Shown: positions 43,809 to 53,959 of the stretch, piece by piece
How the letters are laid out: every line of letters begins with the position of its first letter
How positions within the stretch are numbered: the first letter of the stretch is position 1
Source of the DNA: Gemmatimonadota bacterium
Lineage (GTDB): Bacteria; Gemmatimonadota; Gemmatimonadetes; Gemmatimonadales; Gemmatimonadaceae
Assembly: GCA_040389905.1 (NCBI GenBank)
Contig: JAZJZK010000053.1
Span: 14,200-78,199 of the forward strand
Reading direction: 5' to 3'
Length of the DNA: 64,000 nucleotides
Translations under genes and position numbers: made by a program
Notes under the pieces: generated by a model
Database searches by the model: none
Told to the model about the DNA's origin: nothing
What the model saw: the letters and a program-made list of their open reading frames with translations, nothing else

Positions 43809-44606
43809 GTGACGAAGCCCACCCTTCGGACGCTGGATGGTTTGCCGAGAGTCCTCCGCCGAGCGACGCTCGGACGGGTCGTCACATCGCTTCTGCTCGA
43901 AGTGGGGCTGGTTCTCGCTGTTGCCGGTGCGCTGCTGGCCATGACCTGGTATTTCACGCGCCAAGTCCCACAGCGGGCGTGGGGCCGCCCGTTGTCATAC
44001 TGGATTGCCATGCTCGATAGCGCGTCGCCGGCGTACCGCGACTCGGCCATGGCGGCACTGGAGTTTCTGGAGCCCAGCACGCCGGCGATGGCCGGAATCC
44101 TCGCGGCGCGCCTGAGTGATCCGAATGCATCGCTACGTGTGCGAGCGGCGGCGTTGTTGATCACCCTCGCTGAGTCGTCGCAGGAACGTGCGGTCGATGT
44201 CGAGCGCGCGATGGTCAGCATCCTGAGGCGGCACGGAGCGAACGCTGAGCGCATTCAGGCAGCACTCGTCCTCTCGCACATCTGGCGCGAACCGGCAACG
44301 ATGGCCGCGCTCGTTCACGCGGCACGAGACACACACGCTGAGGTTCGCAGCGCGTCCATTTTCGCCCTCGGCTCAGGCGCCGCGCGCCACTCTCGCGATG
44401 CCATGAATGCCGTGCTCACCGGCATGCGGGATTCGAGTGCGGAGGTTCGGGCGGCCGCCATGGAGTCGTTGCGCCAATCATGGCCGGACGATGACGCGGT
44501 GCTCGCGGCGGCGGCAATCGCCGTCAAGGACACCGCACGCATCGTCCGAGAAGAAGCGATCCACGCTCTCAACGCCTTCAAACGCATACCGGTGAGTCCA
44601 CGTTGA
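43809..44606 (+). CDS. HEAT-repeat membrane-anchored protein
   Basis: One TM followed by L.D....VR..A...L repeats; start uncertain. Confidence 0.75.
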   Translation: MTKPTLRTLDGLPRVLRRATLGRVVTSLLLEVGLVLAVAGALLAMTWYFTRQVPQRAWGRPLSYWIAMLDSASPAYRDSAMAALEFLEPSTPAMAGILAARLSDPNASLRVRAAALLITLAESSQERAVDVERAMVSILRRHGANAERIQAALVLSHIWREPATMAALVHAARDTHAEVRSASIFALGSGAARHSRDAMNAVLTGMRDSSAEVRAAAMESLRQSWPDDDAVLAAAAIAVKDTARIVREEAIHALNAFKRIPVSPR

Positions 44607-44687
44607 ATACCAGTGGTTGGTCAGAAACCCCCACTCATTGGAATGCGCGCACGATGCCCGTGTGGCCCGTTCATACTTGGCGGAGTG

Positions 44688-47063
44688 ATGAATCTCATAG
44701 TGGTGCGCGCGCGTCGTTGGTGGAGTTGTGGGGTCGCCCTTGTGCTCCTTCTCGTGGCAGCCGCGTCAGGCGCACGCGCGCAGGACGTAGCAACAGGCGC
44801 TCGGCTCACGCGTGAGATCACGGGCGTGGTGAGCGACTCGGCGACTCGGCTTCCCGTGTCCAATGTGGCGGTAACCGTGGACGGCACCCGCATCGCCGCG
44901 CTCACGGACTCGGTCGGCCATTACCATATAGCGGGCGCAATGCCGGCCGTCGTATCGCTGCGCTTTCGCCGGCTGGGTTTCGCCTTCGCGGTAAAGCGGG
45001 CTGACGTCAGCCGCGGGACGGTGTTGCTCGACGTCGTACTTGCGGCGCGAGCGACAACGCTGTCAGGAGTAACGGTGAAGGCAGATTCCGTCGCGGAGTT
45101 TCTGCGCGCGGAGCAGGCGACGTCCGTCATGACCGCTGAGTTGATCAAGGAACGGCGCGGGCAGACGCTCGGCGAAACGATTCGCGAGTTACCCGGCGTT
45201 TCAATCATTCAGTACGGGCCGAGCATCGCGAAGCCGGTCGTGCGCGGCTTGCATTCGCAGCGAATCGCCACGGTGAATGATGGCGTGCCGCAGGAAGGCC
45301 AGCAGTGGGGTGGGGAACACGCTCCCGAAATCGACGCCTTTGCCGCGAATCAGATCGAGGTGATCCGCGGTCCCGGCACCATCCTGTATGGATCGGGGGC
45401 TCTCGGCGGCGTCGTCCGAGTCACGCCACGTCCGCTGCCTACGGAGGGCGGACTCAGCGGAGAGCTGTCGCTGAATGGCTTTGCCAATAATCGGCAAGGC
45501 GCCACGTCGCTCATGCTCGAGGGCGCGAATGTCCACCTGCCTGTCGTTGGAACGACCGGCTGGCGCGCACAGGTCACCGCGCGCCGCGCAGGTGATGCTC
45601 GGTCACCGAACTACTATTTGCCAAATACGGGATACGAGGAGCTGGACGCGAGCGGTGCGCTCGGTGTGACGCGCGAATGGGGTACCTCACAAGTCGCATA
45701 TAGCCTGTTCAGTACCGACCTTGGACTATACGTCGGCGCCCACGTCGGCAATCTCGACGATCTCACGCGGGCGATGGAGACGCCGTTCACGTCGCCGATG
45801 TTCTCGTATGCGATAGCTCGGCCGGATCAGAAGGTGAGGCACGACCTCGTGTCCTGGCGCACGACGCTGGACCTGCCGAAGAGTAGCCGGCTCGAAGTGT
45901 CCTACGGATTCCAGCACAACGATCGCCAGGAATTCGACAATCATGGCTTCGCGGTCGGTGCGCGGCCCGCCTTCGAGCTCGAGCTCTACACGCACTCTCT
46001 CGACATCCAGTATCACCATCCACCCGCCGGATCGTTCACCGGGACCGTCGGTGTCTCGGGCATGCGGCAGGGCAATCTTTCGCCGGGCCGCTCGTTCCTC
46101 ATCCCGCAGTATCGCATCTACGCCGGCGGTATCTTCGCGCTCGAAGGATACACGCGTTCGCGTCTCACACTCACGGCGGGCGCACGCTTCGACGACCGGT
46201 ACCAGCATGCATATCAATACGGTGCACCGGTCGTCGTCAGTCCCGATGATGCGCGCTCGTACGCGGGGCCGTCCGGATCGCTCGGCCTTTCATACAAGGT
46301 CACCGACGCCTGGTCCGTGGCGAGTACGTTGTCGCGCTCGTGGCGCCCGCCGAACGTCAATGAGCGCTTCAGCCAGGGCGTGCATCACGGCACGGCGCAG
46401 TACGAGATCGGAGACTCGTCGTTGGTCGGCGAACGCGCATACAACGCGGATCTTACGCTGCGTCATCTCGGCGAGCATTCACGGTTCGAACTGAGCACGT
46501 ACCGCAACCAGATCGACGACTTCATTTATCTCCTGCCGCGCGAGCCGGTGGCTACCGTGCGCGGTATCTATCCCGCGTACAGCTACGCGCAGACAGATGC
46601 GCTGTTGCGTGGCGTGGAAATCAGCGGACAGCTCGATCCATTCTCGTGGTTGACGCTGACGGCCAGCGGAAACCTGCTGCGCGGCACGGAGCGGCGAACC
46701 GGGAATGCCCTCTACGACATGCCCGCTGATCGTGCCACGCTGTCGGCCCGCATCACACGTTGGAACTCCATGCGCGTAAGCGGCGGCTATGTCGAACTTG
46801 GCAGCACGCTCGTGCGGCGCCAGAGCAATGTGCCGCCCGTGACGATCTACAAGCTGCCGACGAGTGGCTATGCACTGCTGAATGCGCAGATCGGCGCCGC
46901 GTCGCTCCACGTCTTCGGCGTGACGATGGAGCCGAGTCTGTCTGTACGAAATCTGCTGGACGTGGCGTATCGCGACTATCTCAGCCGCTATCGCCTCTTC
47001 GTCGATGAGCCGGGGCGTGATGTCGTGCTCCGGATCACGGTGCCCTTTGGTGGGGCGAAATGA
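44688..47063 (+). CDS. TonB-dependent receptor with N-terminal carboxypeptidase-like domain
   Basis: KPVVRGLH, EGQQWG.EH.PEID, IEVIRGP..LYGS.ALGG, GVHHG, RNLLD..YRDYLSR, C-terminal PF. Confidence 0.93.
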   Translation: MNLIVVRARRWWSCGVALVLLLVAAASGARAQDVATGARLTREITGVVSDSATRLPVSNVAVTVDGTRIAALTDSVGHYHIAGAMPAVVSLRFRRLGFAFAVKRADVSRGTVLLDVVLAARATTLSGVTVKADSVAEFLRAEQATSVMTAELIKERRGQTLGETIRELPGVSIIQYGPSIAKPVVRGLHSQRIATVNDGVPQEGQQWGGEHAPEIDAFAANQIEVIRGPGTILYGSGALGGVVRVTPRPLPTEGGLSGELSLNGFANNRQGATSLMLEGANVHLPVVGTTGWRAQVTARRAGDARSPNYYLPNTGYEELDASGALGVTREWGTSQVAYSLFSTDLGLYVGAHVGNLDDLTRAMETPFTSPMFSYAIARPDQKVRHDLVSWRTTLDLPKSSRLEVSYGFQHNDRQEFDNHGFAVGARPAFELELYTHSLDIQYHHPPAGSFTGTVGVSGMRQGNLSPGRSFLIPQYRIYAGGIFALEGYTRSRLTLTAGARFDDRYQHAYQYGAPVVVSPDDARSYAGPSGSLGLSYKVTDAWSVASTLSRSWRPPNVNERFSQGVHHGTAQYEIGDSSLVGERAYNADLTLRHLGEHSRFELSTYRNQIDDFIYLLPREPVATVRGIYPAYSYAQTDALLRGVEISGQLDPFSWLTLTASGNLLRGTERRTGNALYDMPADRATLSARITRWNSMRVSGGYVELGSTLVRRQSNVPPVTIYKLPTSGYALLNAQIGAASLHVFGVTMEPSLSVRNLLDVAYRDYLSRYRLFVDEPGRDVVLRITVPFGGAK

Positions 47064-47103
47064 GTTCCAGTCTGGAAACCTCAACTTCACACAGGTGTTC
47101 GTC

Positions 47104-47694
47104 ATGACAATGTCACGGTCCACTCTTACGGGATTCCTCGTCTCCGGCCTCGTGCTCCTCGGTGCGTGTGGCGACGATCCGACGGCACCGATCGAGGGTG
47201 GCGGCGATCCGGAGAACATCGCTCGGGTCACGGTCACACTGACACCGGTCGGCGGAGGCACCGCCGTCACCTCAGTGCGCGTCGATCCCGACGGCACGTC
47301 ACTGCCGAAGCCCGTCAATGTGGCGGTGGGCACTCTCGCGCTGACGAAAGGCAAGACGTACAACGGCACGATCGAGCTGTTGAATGATCTGGATCCGAAG
47401 GACATCGTGGACATCAGCGACGAAGTGCAGAAGGAAGCAAACTTCCACCGTTTCTTCTACACACTCACGTGCAGTGGGGTGAACGTGCCTGTGTCCAGCC
47501 TCGATCTCGACACACAGGTTCCGGGACAGCCACTCGGCTTGAAGTTCCAGGTCGTGGTGGACGGCACAGCGGCTTCGTCGACCAATTGCTCGCTGCATGT
47601 CGAGCTGCATCACTTCGAATCCGCGAAGGGCAATGGACTTGGTTCGACGTTCGACACGGATCTCTCACTCGACTTCCCCGTCACCATCTCGTAA
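47104..47694 (+). CDS. Lipoprotein associated with the TonB receptor
   Basis: Lipobox LLGAC; ENI..V, E...HRFFY, LHH motifs. Confidence 0.75.
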   Translation: MTMSRSTLTGFLVSGLVLLGACGDDPTAPIEGGGDPENIARVTVTLTPVGGGTAVTSVRVDPDGTSLPKPVNVAVGTLALTKGKTYNGTIELLNDLDPKDIVDISDEVQKEANFHRFFYTLTCSGVNVPVSSLDLDTQVPGQPLGLKFQVVVDGTAASSTNCSLHVELHHFESAKGNGLGSTFDTDLSLDFPVTIS

Positions 47695-47838
47695 TACAAA
47701 GGAACGCCGCGAGAATGAACGTTGCCGCGTTCGTGCCGGTGACCGTCGTCGTGCCGGTCACCGCCACCGCGTCGGATCCGCGGCGCCGCTTCGTCGACCA
47801 ATCGTTCGCTGCGTGCTCGCCGTCGACGCAAGCTCGCG

Positions 47839-50223
47839 CTATCGGACGCGCAGGATCGCCACGCGGAATCCGCTGTTACCGCTCAGCTCCGATCCGCTGA
47901 CGCTCAGCAGTTGCATGCTCTCGATCCCCGTGCTTGTTCCGGACAGCAGGAAGAACGATGCTGACGTTCCGGGCACTCCCGTTACCGTGCGACTGAACGA
48001 ACTGCCATCGATTGGAATGGGTTGCGTCGGAAAGACCGGAACCCCGGTGGCCGTGAACAGCCCGCATGGCTTGCCGCTACATGTCAATCGCGTCTGCCCG
48101 AAGTTGAAGATGTCCGCAAAATTGAAGCTGGGAATCGTCACGCGACGATCCTCGGCAGTGTACGCGGGGAGTTGGAAGATGGCGGACGCGAGGTTCCAGT
48201 ACACAAGGAGTTGGGGAACTGACTGCCCCGTATGAAGACTCAAGTTCGCAAGTCCCGTCAGTCGCGGTTCATTGACGAGCGACTTGATGAACGCCCCTTC
48301 GTTGGATCCCGCAAACTGATCGGTTGCCCACCGAGCGAAAGCCCAGCCCGCACCATAGTTCGCTGGGGTGTCGACGCCGAGTCCTTCCGAGTTTGCGTCG
48401 CTCTCACTCTGGAGATACTCGAAGAAAAAGGGGAGATGGCTGGAGAGGAGATTGATCGGCTTGTCGCTCTTCGCGTCACACGGAGCATTCGCGCCAAGGT
48501 TGATCTCGCATGCGACGGTCTGGAGAAATCCCGCATGACCCAACCAGGCCGTGTCGTTGAAGCGGCGGCCCCAGATGTCGGCGGATTCCTGCGCCAACCC
48601 CTCCTCGAGCCAGATCTCCTCGAATGCGTCGCTGTCGTTGATGATGCGATCGGCAAAGGACACGATGTGCTTCATCTCGTGGGCCGCGGTGGCGCGCACC
48701 GCGTTCTTCCAATCCGCGACCCCGTACCCGCTCGCCGATGGCACCCACGAGTAGAACATCTCCGTCTCGTTGCTGAAGTCGGCCTCTGCACCGGATGCCG
48801 CAAACGGGAAGAAGTCGCAGCCGTTCACGAAGGCAACAACGGAGCCCCCGCCCGCCGAGCCACCGGCATAGTTGTTAAGGGCGGGCGTGAAGGTGACGGT
48901 GACCTTGCCGATTCCCGAAAGCGACGCATCGAAGGCCAGCGGATTGCCGATGTTCGCGAGGATGTGCGGCCAGGTGAGCTGATCGAACTCGCTGGCGAAG
49001 GTCTCGTAGAAGGCACTGTCTGGTCGGAACGCGGCGCTCCAGGTGGTCGTGTTCGTGTCGGCAAGCACGATGACATGCTGTCCAACAGCGACCGTACGCG
49101 CTCCGATGGAATCCACGGACGTGCATGAGCTCGCGCGTCCGTTGCGAACGTACACGCGGTTCACCGCGCCAATCGACTGCGAGACCGCTCTGAACACCGG
49201 TATCGATCGTCCCGGCGCGCCTCGTACTTTCGCCCACGCTGCTTTCGGACGTGTCCGCGCGGCAAAGAGTTGGCGATTCTCCTCCAGGATCGTGAGGTGC
49301 CGCTCGAGCCGTCCGCGTTGCTCCACCAATTTTCGCTGTGAATCGTCAATCGCGAATTCGCCGCCGATCCGTGATGGCGCAGGGGATGACGAAGGAACAT
49401 CGGCGACACGATCTGGCGCCGGACCGCCGGCGAAAGCGGCCGTCAGCTGAAAATCAGAGCGCAAGGCTGCCGACGGAGTCGTGTTGACGACCGCAATGAG
49501 GTACTGGGCCCCTGATTCAAGTTTCAGCGTCTCACGGAAGGTCGGGGAACTGAGAAACGCGATCGACTGGCCGGCGCTGGCGAGCGTGATACTGGCTGAC
49601 GCAGCGACAACGACGATTTGTGCTGTGGCCGACCGTCCCTCGCTCATCGCCGAAATGGTTGACGTGCCCGGGGCAACAGCGGTGACGAGACCATTCCCCG
49701 ATACGACGGCGACACTGGGTGTGGACGATGTCCAGCTCACGGAGCGATCCAGCAACTGGTTGCCGAAGGCATCCGTCAGGCTCGTCGTGAATTGCTGCGT
49801 CCCTCCAGGAATGAGCGCTCCGGCGAGCGGCGAGAGAACGATCGAGGCAACGGGCAGGGTAGATGTCACCTGGATCGTCTGCGACCCCGAGATGGCGCCC
49901 TGTGATGCGGCGATCACCGCGGTGCCGGCAGACACTCCCGAGACGAGGCCACTCGTAGTGACCGTCGCGATGGACGGGTTGCTGCTACTCCATTCGACTG
50001 AAGCCACTGCGATGGATCGTCCCTGTTGATCGAGTCCGGTTGCCGTGGCGGTTGTGGACTGCCCCATCGTAATCGAGGTTGTCGACAATACAACGGAAAG
50101 GCTCGAGAGGACCGGGGTGACCGGCGGAGTCGGCGTCTGGTCCGCCCCGCCGCAGGACGTAGCGAGAATAGCCAGAACAAGAAGGTCCAATGGCGAGCGG
50201 AAGCGTGCTGTGCTCGTGTGCAT
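47839..50223 (-). CDS. Lipoprotein with two Ig-like (Big_2) domains and a zinc metallopeptidase domain
   Basis: LATSC lipobox, WSSSNPSIATV / WTSSTPSVAVV, AHEMKH...WLEEGLA gluzincin-type motif. Confidence 0.82.
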   Translation of the reverse strand: MHTSTARFRSPLDLLVLAILATSCGGADQTPTPPVTPVLSSLSVVLSTTSITMGQSTTATATGLDQQGRSIAVASVEWSSSNPSIATVTTSGLVSGVSAGTAVIAASQGAISGSQTIQVTSTLPVASIVLSPLAGALIPGGTQQFTTSLTDAFGNQLLDRSVSWTSSTPSVAVVSGNGLVTAVAPGTSTISAMSEGRSATAQIVVVAASASITLASAGQSIAFLSSPTFRETLKLESGAQYLIAVVNTTPSAALRSDFQLTAAFAGGPAPDRVADVPSSSPAPSRIGGEFAIDDSQRKLVEQRGRLERHLTILEENRQLFAARTRPKAAWAKVRGAPGRSIPVFRAVSQSIGAVNRVYVRNGRASSCTSVDSIGARTVAVGQHVIVLADTNTTTWSAAFRPDSAFYETFASEFDQLTWPHILANIGNPLAFDASLSGIGKVTVTFTPALNNYAGGSAGGGSVVAFVNGCDFFPFAASGAEADFSNETEMFYSWVPSASGYGVADWKNAVRATAAHEMKHIVSFADRIINDSDAFEEIWLEEGLAQESADIWGRRFNDTAWLGHAGFLQTVACEINLGANAPCDAKSDKPINLLSSHLPFFFEYLQSESDANSEGLGVDTPANYGAGWAFARWATDQFAGSNEGAFIKSLVNEPRLTGLANLSLHTGQSVPQLLVYWNLASAIFQLPAYTAEDRRVTIPSFNFADIFNFGQTRLTCSGKPCGLFTATGVPVFPTQPIPIDGSSFSRTVTGVPGTSASFFLLSGTSTGIESMQLLSVSGSELSGNSGFRVAILRVR

Positions 50224-50474
50224 GAGTCGCCGGAAGCGGGTGACAACATGAACGGACGCCGACGATGAGGTCAGCCACAAGCAGCTTACAATGAGCGGTT
50301 ATTTCAACAGGGTGACTGGACATTCTGTGCCGTTCGCCAGCAGCGTTGCGCACCCACTTCGGACGCATCGCCGCCGCACTTGGCAGAACCGCCATCCGTG
50401 ACTGCGGGAATCGCACTCAACCGTACGCGCGAGGCAACCACGCTCGCCTGAATGTTTGCCCGCGGGTTTGAGCG

Positions 50475-51130
50475 CTCACCGGTTTGCACGCAACCGTGAC
50501 TCACTTGGTCGCGCCTTCGAACCACCTGCACGCGGCGCAGAGTCACCTGCACGCGGCGCAGAGTCATCTGCACTCGACCGCGAGTCATCTGCACTCGACC
50601 GCGAGTCATCGTTTCCGCACATGGAGCGGACTTTCCCCGACTCCTAACCATCTGCACTCGGTGCCCACCGTCCGTGTCCGAGGTCGCACCCGAATGGACG
50701 CAACTCGTCTCGGCTTGTACCGAACGCTTAACCGATTTGCCCCAACTCCAGTCCATTTGTTCCAGCCCAGTACCGATCGTGCCTCGCTGCGGAACCGTCT
50801 TGACCGACTCCGCATCCATTTGGTCGCATACCGCATCGATCTGTACTCAGCCGGAATCGGCTCGCACCCAGTCCTCACCGTAGTTGTCCGAGCGCCGAGT
50901 CGATTGTACTCGGCCAGCATTCATTTGTACCCGATTGCGAACCGCCTTTACCCGACTCGCGATCGACGTGACACGGTTGGGCGGCAACTGTTCCGCACCC
51001 GGAACGGACTGCACCCGTTGCAGAGCGAGTGAGATTCGCTCGCGAGTCATCTGCACTCAGCTTGCCTCCGACTGGATTGCCTTTGTCGCGGCCTTGGTTC
51101 GATCGGCGTCGGTCTTGTCGCGTTGCATTT
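50475..51130. repeat. Degenerate 21-nt tandem array A (about 30 units)
   Basis: Core (c/t)tg(c/t)ac(t/c)cg recurs in 21-nt register, e.g. 50484, 50526, 50547, 50568, 50589, 50652, 50715, 50841, 50904, 50925, 51009, 51051. Confidence 0.85.
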
Positions 51131-51235
51131 CCATTCGCACCAAGCCGGCGGCCGGCGGTAGGCTGATTCATCACTCCGGTCGCGGGGCCAACCTCGGAAG
51201 CAGCGTCGTACGACGGGTCAGTTCAACCCGGAGGA

Positions 51236-51668
51236 TCACCTCACACGCGCAACACCGATCGTGCTTGCCGTTGCAGTCTGACGCACCCATGCCGCCACCA
51301 CACCGGACGTCGTCGACGCGACCACGGGATACCACTGTCCAGCAGCACCGTCGGGTGCTCGCACTGGAGAGAACGAAGCCCTGCCTGACGCATCAGACCG
51401 TACACGCGCCATCGCGATGCGACGCGTGGCCTCGACCACTTCATCCCAGACGACGAGCGGCATTCCGTCCGGGCCAATTGCCATCTGCGCATGGCCAGGC
51501 GACCGCCACGAACTGTCCCCCCGCCGCAATGGTGGGATTCGCGTTCGCTCGGCCGTCGACGGCGAGCGTTGCGACCACCTGCGCGCCGGCCTTTGGCTCA
51601 ACCTGCACCAACGCCACGAACGCAGCGATGCAACGCGTCGCGAACTTCTGCGTGAGCTTCAAGTGCAA
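51236..51668 (-). pseudogene. BNR/sialidase-like secreted protein with large internal deletion
   Basis: N-terminal piece (...ANPTIAAGGQFVAVAW) abuts an out-of-frame C-terminal piece (HAQMAIGPDG.PLVVWDE...YPVVA...VAAW) near 51495. Confidence 0.6.
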
Positions 51669-51695
51669 TTCCAGGTTGAGTGTCCTTGCGTGCTG

Positions 51696-52212
51696 TCACG
51701 ACCCAAGGGCCGAGCGAATGGCCAGTGCCAGTGATGTGTCTCTCAGCGCGACGGCGCCGATCTTTCGCCAGCGGATGACACCCGTGCGATCAACGAGGAA
51801 GGTTTCGGGTACCCCAACGGTCAGAAACGTTGCGGAAAATTGCTTGGTTGGATCCAGCCAGACGTCGTAGGTCATCCTGTGGTCCCACATTAATCTCGCG
51901 AACGTCCGCACCCATGCCCGCGGCATCCACGCTTATGCCGATGAGCGCGAAGTCCTTGCCGGCAAATTCCGGAGGCAGCGCCTCGATCTGCGGAATCACA
52001 TCTTTGCACGGCTCGCACCAGGTAGCCCACGCATTGAGCACGACGACTTTGCCGCGGAGGCTGGCCAGTGAAACTGGCTGACCCTCGAGACTCACCGCGG
52101 CGTACTCGGGTGCCGCCGAGCCAACAGTCGGAGAGCGGATCGCGTCGCCCTTGGCGCAACCGAGTGTCACCGCGGCGACGACCGATGTGAGGACGCGCGT
52201 CCGAGCGTTCAT
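51696..52212 (-). pseudogene. TlpA-family redoxin lipoprotein, frameshifted
   Basis: LNAWATWCEPC in one frame and GVPETFLVDRTGVIR in another; shift near 51890. Confidence 0.8.
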
Positions 52213-52865
52213 GGTCCCATTCCTTCCATTGGTGGCGACGTACCGACCAAAACAGCCGTCGCGGCAATGACCATCACCGCAACGACAACCTCGGCCACCA
52301 GCGACCGAACCATTGCGCTCGGCCCACCGCGGCGAGCGAGCCGAGCCCCCGAACGCGAGTGGAAGAATCCAATGCTGGCCACGACGAGTGTGAATCCGAT
52401 CTTGATGCCGAACAGCGTTCCGTACTCCGAGCGAAACAAATCGGCAAGATGCTCCACGCGAAGCCACACGCCCACCGTGCCGGAGACGAGAAGGACGCCT
52501 GCACTGACCACTGCGACAGGATGAAACCATTCAATCAGTGTCGCCGCGGCGTCTCCGGCCGCATCCGAGGCAGCGAGCGAGCGCATGGCCAACGCCAGAA
52601 AAACCAATGAACCCACCCACGCACCCGCCGCCGTGACATGCGCCCAGTCCGCCGCGATCGAGATCGCGTAATACCGTTCCGCGGCATCCGCATGCCCCAT
52701 GAACGACGTGTCGCACACAGTGCAACGGCGGCGACGAGGGAGAGCACCCATCCAGCCGGAATGCCACGCCGCGCCAACAGGAAGCCCGCCAGGGCGGCGC
52801 CGGCAGCCAACATCTGGGCGACGAGCCCGCGTCCCCACAACGTCCTGAGCACATTCGACATCATT
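52209..52865 (-). pseudogene. CopD-family copper resistance protein, 5'-truncated and frameshifted
   Basis: WGRGL..Q in one frame; GHA...DWAHV.AAGAWVG.L, SGT, YG.LF.IK in another; shift near 52710. Confidence 0.8.
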
Positions 52866-52908
52866 GGCGTCACGGGATCCCGCCTGCGAAGGCAAGCGGG
52901 GTAACGCG

Positions 52909-53310
52909 TCAGGCCTGAGAGCGCTGAGGCGGCGCCGTTGCGAACGGGAGGACAAAATCCTCTCACGCAGCGCGATACTGGGACTCGGACGAGCGAACGG
53001 ATCCCGCGATCCGCACCGAAAGCGCGCACACGGTTTGTACGGACGCGACGACGGCGACGGACGGGCCGCAGCAACTCCCGGGGCACGTGCACCTGTGATC
53101 CGTCTGGTCCGCCGGAGCGCCGGTGTCCTGGTGCTCAACGGCCGAGCCATGGTCCATCGGCATGGCCGTGCCGTGTTCACCATGTGCCGACCTCGCGCCC
53201 ATGGACTGGTGTGCCGGGCACGCGCCAAACACGGCCGGTTCGATCCCGATGAGGACGAACCAGGCCGCGCCTAACATGGCGACGAGTCGTTGCGACCAGT
53301 GACGACGCAT
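52909..53310 (-). pseudogene. Cys/His-rich leader-type peptide with premature TGA
   Basis: Signal segment, CPAH, HRCTCPGSCC, then YRAA*EDFVLPFATAPPQRSQA* (internal stop 52963-52965). Confidence 0.65.
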
Positions 53311-53959
53311 TATTGTAAGGCACGCGATCGAAGCGATCAATAAATCAGTCGTCCTATCGCGCGGAAGAACCAAGAATGATCCCTATGCGCCAGACGAAGG
53401 GTTTGCTGCGATGTCAGCATCGGCAGTCCTCGGGGAAGACATTCAGGATCAACTCCTCGCCGGCGCGCGAGGAGCGCTTCATAGAGATGGTTGTCCTTCC
53501 ATGAGCGCCGTGCTCTGTCCGCACGAGCGTTTCGCGGCGTCAACATCGCGAGGAGCGCACGCAGCATCGCGGAGTTCAACTTCAGCCTCGGAACGATCGT
53601 CTTCAAGGGCACGAAGGCCGAGGTCGCAGTCGAGAACAACAGAAACAATGCGACGGCGGTCTGTTACAGCAGGGCTCCACGTTACGATCATCTCGAAAGC
53701 GATCAGTTCAGCGGCACGAGACGCGATGCACGCGCCGTGGTGCGGCGCTTCGGTGACGCGGTCGCTCCGGCACGCGACGAAGAAACGTGCGCCGGAGTGA
53801 CGACGCGTGATGCGGGCCACGTGGCCAGTCTTGCCGATGTCCAGAGATTCTGTACAACCCACCCGTCTGGTCATGTCGGTCGCGTGTGCGACGAATGCAG
53901 AGGCATGATGCGCCGCGGAATGCCCGCGTTCGTTGCCATCACTGGCGCGCATCCGCAGG

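Noticed and set aside
50884..51870. 328-aa plus-strand ORF
   Set aside because: Runs through array A and antisense to the pseudogenes; composition is not protein-like
52963..52965. In-frame TGA as selenocysteine
   Set aside because: Not in a redox motif, and all downstream genes are pseudogenes; a nonsense mutation is simpler
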